From NCBI GenBank assembly GCA_051362555.1, contig CM120646.1:22568001-22632000 (forward strand): a stretch of 64,000 bases of DNA, in the 5' to 3' direction. This DNA is from Lingula anatina. Its lineage: Eukaryota > Animalia > Brachiopoda. The notes beneath the pieces were generated by a model. The model worked only from the letters and a program-made list of their open reading frames with translations, was not told the DNA's origin and did not search any database. Positions 56,401-64,000 of this stretch are shown here, in pieces (within the stretch, counting starts at the first letter, position 1; every line of letters starts with the position of its first letter). Made by a program: the position numbers and the translations under genes.

Positions 56401-57533
56401 ATGTTCTGACTGGATAATGAGTCCTACATGTAGTTTAAAGGTATGATAATGGCAACATCCTGAAATTACAGCAATGTCCTAAAAAAAAAAAAATGAAAAA
56501 AGAAAGATTTTGCATTTGCTTCATTGGAACAAAGATAAGATATCCATCAAATAGATTTTTCTTATTTTTCAATTGAATGTGTCCCGCAAAATTCCAAATC
56601 TTGTTTATCCTGTAATCTGAATTGCATGTGATATGTGTTCAACTGTCAAGTTGCAGCACATAAAGTGTTCAAAGCAAGGTTATTAAAAGCTTGAACACCA
56701 TGTAATGTCTCCTGCTATCACTAAATTCAATTTCCTTGTTCACTTTTGTAAACCAAAAATCAAAAGATTACAATATACAGTAACAAATACCAGTTACTAA
56801 TTTTTTGATTGAGATATGTGACATGTTTTTAAAACATTAAAATAGTTTTATTTGAAAACAAACAAGATTTTTGTCTTCATTTTGTTTTAATTTGTTGGGT
56901 TTGGCTTTATATGAAAACCATGAAATTTGAAAGTAAAACATTTCAGAATTTAATTACTACACTACAGGAACAAAAACTTGTCAAAATACTGTATTTTTCA
57001 TATTATGTCAAAAGCAAACAATTTATCCAGCTGACAACTCTAAAAATAAAAAATGTACTTCGTCAGCAAAAACTTTCAAATGTCAGTTTCCCCATACAAG
57101 CAGAGATGATTCAATTACATTGTATAAAACTTGAACTTAAGAACTCGCAGAGCAGAAGTACTAACTTAGTGACTGGACGGGGTAGATCCGGGCTCGATAT
57201 ATTAGTGGTAGAGCACTTGCACTGAAGGCGAGCGTCTCGGGTTCGATCCCGCGTCTTGTCAGCTGTTTTCCCCCAAATCGGTACTCTTGTCACTACTTGT
57301 TCATGAAAATTTCCCTCTATCTAAAACTGGCCGTCTAAAACTAGCAGAACGGCATATGTCAAAGATGCATATGCAAAAACAAAATTGTGATTAACAATAT
57401 TTTGCCTTTTTACCTTTAGGAACAGAACATTTCTTTTATTTTAAGCGTCTCAAATTACCTGTATCCGCGGATCAAGCTCGTCGTCATCCAATACTTCATT
57501 TTCTTCAGCCACCTCAGATTCTTCCACCTCCAT
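42836..57533 (-). CDS. SH3BP5: SH3 domain-binding protein 5-like (SH3BP5/SH3BP5L/parcas family, Rab11 GEF); exons 57533-57459, 54620-54558, 48301-48173, 47786-47625, 47255-47125, (46418-46353), 44699-44657, 44428-42836
   Basis: Spliced translation gives LDPRIQ|IELEKLN..INRLDIELE|EAR..KLGHCIERSRPYYEAR..FDTAWQEMLNHATMK..KRAIHKSRPYFEMK..YKEALANLEKISNEIH, the SH3BP5 coiled-coil signature. All junctions are GT-AG with matching phase. Confidence 0.92.
45678..45892. mobile_element. Degenerate MITE-like palindromic element
   Basis: ctattcccatagg..tagatcgatcta versus taggtcgatctaatctatggaaatggg; GC-rich core. Confidence 0.5.
46353..46418 (-). CDS. SH3BP5-like candidate cassette exon, 66 nt (SLSARRSMLQMSAIANLHHITLM)
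   Basis: cttctccttctctcccag| acceptor, |gtaagt donor, symmetric phase 2, open frame. Confidence 0.7.
47398..47452. repeat. (TAAA)n microsatellite
   Basis: Direct reading. Confidence 0.95.
52698..53362. repeat. ~163-bp tandem repeat x 4 in ABAB higher-order arrangement, with flanking local duplications
   Basis: Units start at about 52698, 52861, 53021 and 53185; partial unit at 53762-53820; 51880-52190 resembles 53455-53760. Confidence 0.88.
57188..57262 (+). mobile_element. tRNA-derived SINE head or tRNA pseudogene
   Basis: A-box-like TAGTGGTAGAGC, anticodon-arm-like CTTGC-ACTGAAG-GCGAG, B box GGTTCGATCCC; acceptor stem does not pair well. Confidence 0.6.
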
Positions 57534-57883
57534 GATGGATTGGAAGTATCGTGACCTCTCGCGACCTCTCGCGTCCAAAAAGAAACTTCTCCATTTCTGG
57601 GACAATTACTTATGTAAACGCATTTTGTTTAATGTAATGACTTTTCTGTAGGTCGAATACCAAGTAATTTACCATTTAGACATTTGTGTACAACTTGTCT
57701 TCCTGATGAATTCCGTTTAATTAAGGTTACTAATTTCTCCGGTAGTCGGCGCTGTGCAGTTCCCGTCAGTCGCCGTCTAGGTGCAAGGTACGAGGAAGAA
57801 ACCACCTACTTTCAAAGTAGGAGTGACCGGAGTAAATTTAAGGAAAGCGAGAGTGACTTGTACCGTCCGTATTTCTTTACAAG
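57534..57883. promoter_or_regulatory. Probable bidirectional promoter and first (non-coding) exon of a divergent + strand transcript
   Basis: CpG-richer island next to the SH3BP5 ATG, a duplicated GACCTCTCGC motif, and a strong donor AAG|GTAAGT at 57883/57884. Confidence 0.5.
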
Positions 57884-60800
57884 GTAAGTGGATAGTGATG
57901 CAAAGTCGATGACATTTTTGCATTTCAGTGTCGTAGAGAAATTCGATTTAAATCTAGTCTAATTACTACAAAATGACAAGATATGGTTCTTGCCTTAGGC
58001 TTTGTTTTCTACATCGATGTAATTAGTTACTTAACAACGGGATAAGTATGAAAATATCACGTTAATTTTGTCACACGTAAGACATCAAAGCTGTTGCAAA
58101 TTAATTTTTAACTCTGAACCCTAGTAATTGGCCAGGATTGGGCACTTGACTTGCACTTGACCATAGCTGACACTGAAATATTTATGAAATGTCCTTGCAC
58201 AGCTAAAGAAGTTTGTTTTCTTGATGACCAGCTTCCATATCTAATCTGCATGGTCACAGAGCACATAGTGCAGTTAGTCCTTTGTATGAAGTGTAAAATT
58301 ATGGTTTGTGGACCCTTTGTTACATCAGTGTACAAGGTGATCAGGACGTGTGTTTGCAGCAGACTCAAGACGTGTGCAAACAAACATAGTTGTAACTCTC
58401 TTGACCCCTCCCCCTTGCTTGACCTCATTTCACTACTCACACATATGGGTCATAAAGTAGAACTATGTTTGAACAGCTTCAGTTAATTTTTAATTGAATA
58501 ATGGTTGTTAATCAATCAGAACAATTAACAATCATTTATCAACCAAAAAAGTGTATAATTTAATTACGATTAAATCCATCACTTATAGATGAAGGACTTT
58601 ATATAAGCTCTGGCTACTTGTATATGTATTAGATTTTCTTAGTACAACTAGCCCAAAAGTGCAATAGAAAATTGTGAAAGATGATAGAGATGTGAACCAA
58701 ATGGAACCCCTCGAGGCAAATCATTTTAAAATGCAGTGGAGTTACAGTTGAGAAAGTACTTTTAAAATAGCATGGTTTACCAACCACCGCTAATGTAAAG
58801 CTGGTACGTTTGTAACGAACTCTTGTATGCAACGAGGAAGATATGAAAATTCTAATCATGATTACATTGATGTTTTTTGTCAATTTGCGTCATGAAAAAC
58901 ATCAATTACCACTCCTCCACATTAAAGAAGACATCTAAATGTTATAAATTGTCCTTAGATGTAGAGCAGCAATATTGCCATGGAGAGCAAGTGAAGGGTG
59001 AGAATCCTCATATTTGGGTTATCAACGAAAGCCATGCAAAATTATAGAACCTATTAGTGTATTATAGGCCTTGTAGGTGAGGATAGGGAGGGGGGGGAGA
59101 AAGGTGAAAAAAAAAAGCTTTTTTTTGGAGGGGGGATATCCACTGTCAATCAAAATTTGCTCTAGGCTTTATGCCATTTTTCAAATTTTGCCCAATAAGG
59201 GAAAAAGGAATCCTCTTAAATTGAAATTGCTGGCCATGTCTGTAGTTAGCACTGAAAACTAGGATGTTCAAAATGCCATCCACACAGTAACACCATACCA
59301 GGGTATATGTGCTGTTTCATCTCTGTTAAGACTTGTCATGAAACCTGATGCCTCCGGGTCATTTACCTGCTCAGGTGTTCTGGGGTAAACATTCTTTTAA
59401 GACTTTGTAATAGATGGTGGTGAATTGACCTACATCAACCATGAGGTGAGGGTCCTATCCCCCTGGGGGCTGGATGGAACTTCCTTGCCAATGCAAATGT
59501 ATATTATTATCGAGAGTAGTCGATTTTTGTTCTGTCATCTGATGTAGTGGTTACAGGGTAGATATCATGTAAAGGGGTTTTTAGTTCAGCAAGTCCCTTG
59601 TTACAGAAGAAATGGTAATCAGATACCTGTCAGCACGATATTTTGTAATGAGTTGAAAAAAGAGAGCAAAAAAAAAAAAAAAGAGATTAAGCTTGCAGAG
59701 AGTTTCAACCTGTTTGTAAATGTCACCAAACCGTCTGTTCTTTCTTACTTCCTCGTTCCATGCCTGTTATTTTACTGATCACTACTAGGATAATTGAGAA
59801 TTCCTATAGAAGAATGCTTTACATAAACATTCTACCATTTTTGTCAGATATGGAAAGAATTTGCCATGCTTTCAAGTGAAAAACTTAAATAATTTCAAAC
59901 AAATATTGGCATCACTATGTAGCATATTAGATTTTTTGCCAAATTCAAAACTTTGATTCAGTTCAATTTGTCCAGTTGAGAAAATATTTTTTTCTTAAAT
60001 TGTCCAGATATTAGTTTGAAAAAAATTATAAAATAAAAAATATTTACCAAGGTTTATTTTAACACGTGAAACAGAATTATAGCACATAGCAAAGCTAGTT
60101 AGTAATGGTAGGGTGTGTTCCCACATTCAAATTTGTGGTTTTTGTGTGTTTATCTCTTCAGTGCATTGCTTTTAAAGTAAGAAGGGAACAAGGAAACCAT
60201 ATTAGCTAAAGTGTATGCCCTCTCATACAAATACATCGCTTATCTCAGTAATGGAGCTAAATGTGTTGAAAAATTAAACATTTTCAATGTACTCTTAACT
60301 TAGCCTTCACTTGCAATGATGTGGGATAGAATGCATAGTAACTAGTCCGTCTTTATGAAACTATTGTTTAATGAACAAAATCTGTCCCATAAACAAAACT
60401 ATTAAATGCTCTTTACAGGTTGCTAATCACCCATTCACCTTTCCTTAATTTTGTTTAATTGCCCATAAACATGTTCAATGTGTTGATCATGATGTTTGTA
60501 TTAAAAACGCACGCACGAAAAGTGTACTAGTAATTATATAAGCAGTTTGCACTTTTGTCATATTGAGGAGTGCAGCATTTCATTGCCATTTTCAGTCTTT
60601 ATTTTGAAATAATGATATAGGTATATAACTAGATTTCTAATTAATAATTTGTAGGTATACAAAGTTCTAGATTTCAATTAATCATTTATAGGTATATGAC
60701 TAGATTTCAAATTAATAATTTATAGGTGTATAACTAGATTTCAAATTGATAATTAATAATAATAGGCATATAACTAAAGTGTAGAGAGTAAAGTTGTCGG

Positions 60801-61116
60801 TATTGATTCAGATGAGATATATGGGTGTTTTATTAATGCCCCATACCCCCCCCCCCCCCCCCCCCCCCCCCCACATGGAGCTGCACTCCTACAGCACCTA
60901 TATTTTCTGACTTTCTTTTTTAGAAATGATCTGTCTTCATCCTTGATACATGTGGTCTGAACTCCTTATGTTACGCGTGGCTGGGCAGCCTTATGGTGTG
61001 ATATAAGACAAAGATAAGGCTCATATTTGAAGTTACTAATCCCAGTGGCACCCAAGAACACAAAACTTTTGCTGATTTTTTAGTACAACCAAACAGCATC
61101 AAGCAGATATAGTAGG

Positions 61117-61165
<49 letters not shown>

Positions 61166-64000
61166 CAATTTTGCACTTTAAAAAAGCTACAGTGAAAAGG
61201 TAGTGCGTCTCGTTTGAGATAGAGGATGTAACCCTTGACATATTTCACGTCTGTTTCATCGTATTGGTTTTAAAACCCCAGAATATTGACCATTATTTGA
61301 GGTACTACATGTAGTATGTTTACAACCATACATTGCCTGCATGGAATGGTGATGAATTCACACCCAAACTAACCTTAAAAAACTAAGAGACTTGTTCTGA
61401 TTGGACAGAGCAATCTCAATTAAACAAGACCAAATGGCAATGCTCTCTATCTTTAAAAAAGCATTTGAGAAAAAACTGATCTGTTTTGTTGTTTTTGGCT
61501 TGACCTTGACTTACTGTCTTACATCTGTGAAGAATTTTAACAGTTGTATAGCATGCAGTGAAATATTTGCAGCTCTATAAAAACTACTACACAGGAGAAA
61601 TTGTATAACATTTGAGATGTATTTATTTGATTAATGCTACCAACTCTGCTTAAATACTAGTACTTACTAGTATAGGTGCTAGAAAAACAGTATCTGTTTA
61701 TATTAATTTGTATATCCTATGATGAATTATTATCCATTAAAATAATTTTGAAATTTTTCAGGATTGAGGTTTAAGAATATATCTTGGCAATGCACAAGTA
61801 TTACAATTATCATCACAGTGACAATATCAAAAGTGATAGAATTTATATATTATATTATATTTCTGAATCTTAGTGTATGTTGAAGATAAATTCATGACAA
61901 CCGTTTTCATGGTTTTAGTTGCATGTGAATAGTTACTAAAGAAAATAATTTAGAAAAGAGAAGTGAAGAGCAAAAAAATATGTTGTGTCATTTTACATAT
62001 TTACATGAATTTACAGAAAAATCAAAATATATTTTCTAAAAAAGGGCTGCTGAAATAATGATAACACAACCCCATTAAAACATTCTCTTTATCGCAGTAG
62101 ACCACACATATTATCTGATAATGTTATCAAAAAGATTTCTCCCATTGAAAACTCAACATCTCCGAGGCATGTTCCAGTTATGATAATTGTCCTCAGAGAA
62201 CCAGGCAGTGCCAGGGTCTGGGACCCTGTTCCTCCTGGTACAGCGCCACCGTGGACGACATTTCAGGACAAAAAACAACTTATTTCACTTTAATATGGGG
62301 TTAAGTCCAGGACAGCAAGGCTAGGATTAAATTAACTTTAAAATGGTGCGTGTGTAAGGAAAGATAGGAGAACTGAATTGACAGGTTTCAGGAAGTAAAA
62401 TATATACAGACTTCAGTCTGTCTGTGGATGATACTCAGGTGAGGATTACCAGACAGGTATTTACATACACGAGTATGCACCACTGGGAGCAATACTTAGT
62501 CTATTTCTTTATTCATATACTTATTTATTCATAAATTTTTTGTGGTTATTAATAGGTCAAGTCAGTCTTGAGGGTAACTAGTGCAATATAGGATTACAAC
62601 CATGAATAATTATAGTTATTGTCTTTTATAGACTAATCTTTGTATGTTGCTGTTCTTTTTAGAAGCAGTTACTGTAAGGGATATTGTGTAGGAACCATTG
62701 CCCCATTCTGCAAAAATAAATCTAAAGAGATAAATAAAATAAACAGATAAGAATTTGAGTGGCCTGGAACATCACAGTTCAGGAGGCCATGGATATATGA
62801 AACAATGATGAAAGGCAATACCTGGGACATGTGGGCACTAGTTGTTACTGGGCATATTGTATATTATATTGTAAATCTCTTCATCATGTATATATGAAAA
62901 AAACTGTGTAACCCATTGGGACTTCAGGATGTGATGGAAAGACTGGGGAAGAAGTACGATCATCTTATTTCTCCACTGATTATTAGTTATCACATTTTAA
63001 GACCAACACACTCCATGTTAATACCAATTCCCTTTGCCCTATTGAGAGTTTGGGAAGGTTTTATATATATATAGTTGAGGAGGGTTCCTCTGCTTCCCAC
63101 TATAATTAAGTGTCTGCAGTGCCTGTCCCGCCATGACACTGTTTGCTCTAGGGTTTTACACTCCAGTATACCTACATGTACACACACTCAGAGTGCAGTT
63201 TTAGGGGACTGTCCCTGAGATCAAATTGAGGCTGGTTGGGGGGGGGGGGGGGGGGGGGGGTTTAGGAGGTGATGCCATTTGTGTGGTCAGACCATAGTGA
63301 GGAAAGTTATTGTTTATTCATTACAGGAAACAAAGGTTACTTAAGTTAAGGTGAAAGGATTTCCATAAATTATAACTCATTTAAGATAAATTGTATAATT
63401 GTTAATTATTGCTTCAGATATATAGATATTTATATATAGTTTTGACTCAAATGTGTCTTAAAACAAACTCACTAGTGAACAGAAGATATATCATATATTA
63501 ACCTCTTCAAACTAGGAAGTGTGGTTTGTCTGTTTATCTTTTATGAATATGTTACTAGAATAAACAATGCAGAATGTTTAAACTGCTTGCTCAGTGATTA
63601 TTACATTGAAGCAGGCTACTTGAGATAATGCTTGTTTACAAGACCAATATTTCTTGCTTGAAAACCAAGAGAGGTATTTGCCACAAATATTAGAAGGGCA
63701 TATTTTATAGTTTATCTCTAGCAAAGAGTGAGTACTACATATATATTTTTGTGCAGTATTTATAAAAAAAGCCTTAGTTTTAGAAGTCTGTACCCTGTAC
63801 TGGAGAGTCTCAAAGTTGGGTGGAGACGTAATTGTCAGTACTTATGAAGTTCAGGATGGATGAACACTTTTATGATTGTCTGATATAAAGTCACACATAT
63901 GATAACTTTAATAATGGTAGATATTATTATTCATTTTTGGCAAGTTATCAATGACCCTGAATGGAAATAGTGTGCAAGGAATCTATGGTGATATTGTGTC

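Noticed and set aside
57188-57262. Functional tRNA gene
   Set aside because: The acceptor and D stems pair poorly and the anticodon loop is non-canonical; it fits a SINE head or pseudogene better.
58108-58486. Overlapping 110-aa ORFs on both strands
   Set aside because: No domain signature and no convincing splice sites; probably intronic chance ORFs.

Overview
AT-rich, intron-rich animal genomic DNA. The repeat types and gene content suggest an invertebrate, possibly a mollusc or other lophotrochozoan, but this is inference. (1) A + strand LIV-1-subfamily ZIP metal transporter (SLC39A12/ZIP4-like) enters from the left edge and ends at 37169. Its transport-site exon (TM4-TM5, HNxxDG...HELPHE) is tandemly duplicated as two 153-nt, same-phase exons (34152-34304 and 35272-35424), which look mutually exclusive and are flanked by complementary intronic elements. 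(2) A 22.7-kb intron of that gene (2755-25454) contains an antisense tandem array of three intact single-coding-exon type II membrane GT-B fucosyltransferase-like genes plus a gene fragment. (3) A convergent - strand SH3BP5/parcas-like gene (57533-42836) has a candidate 66-nt cassette exon and shares a probable bidirectional promoter with an unidentified + strand transcript. Repeats include a TA-flanked TIR element carrying a satellite, a Helentron/HINE-like element, several MITEs, minisatellites and a tRNA-derived SINE-like head. All exon models were derived by eye from splice signals, phase and translation; there is no expression evidence.
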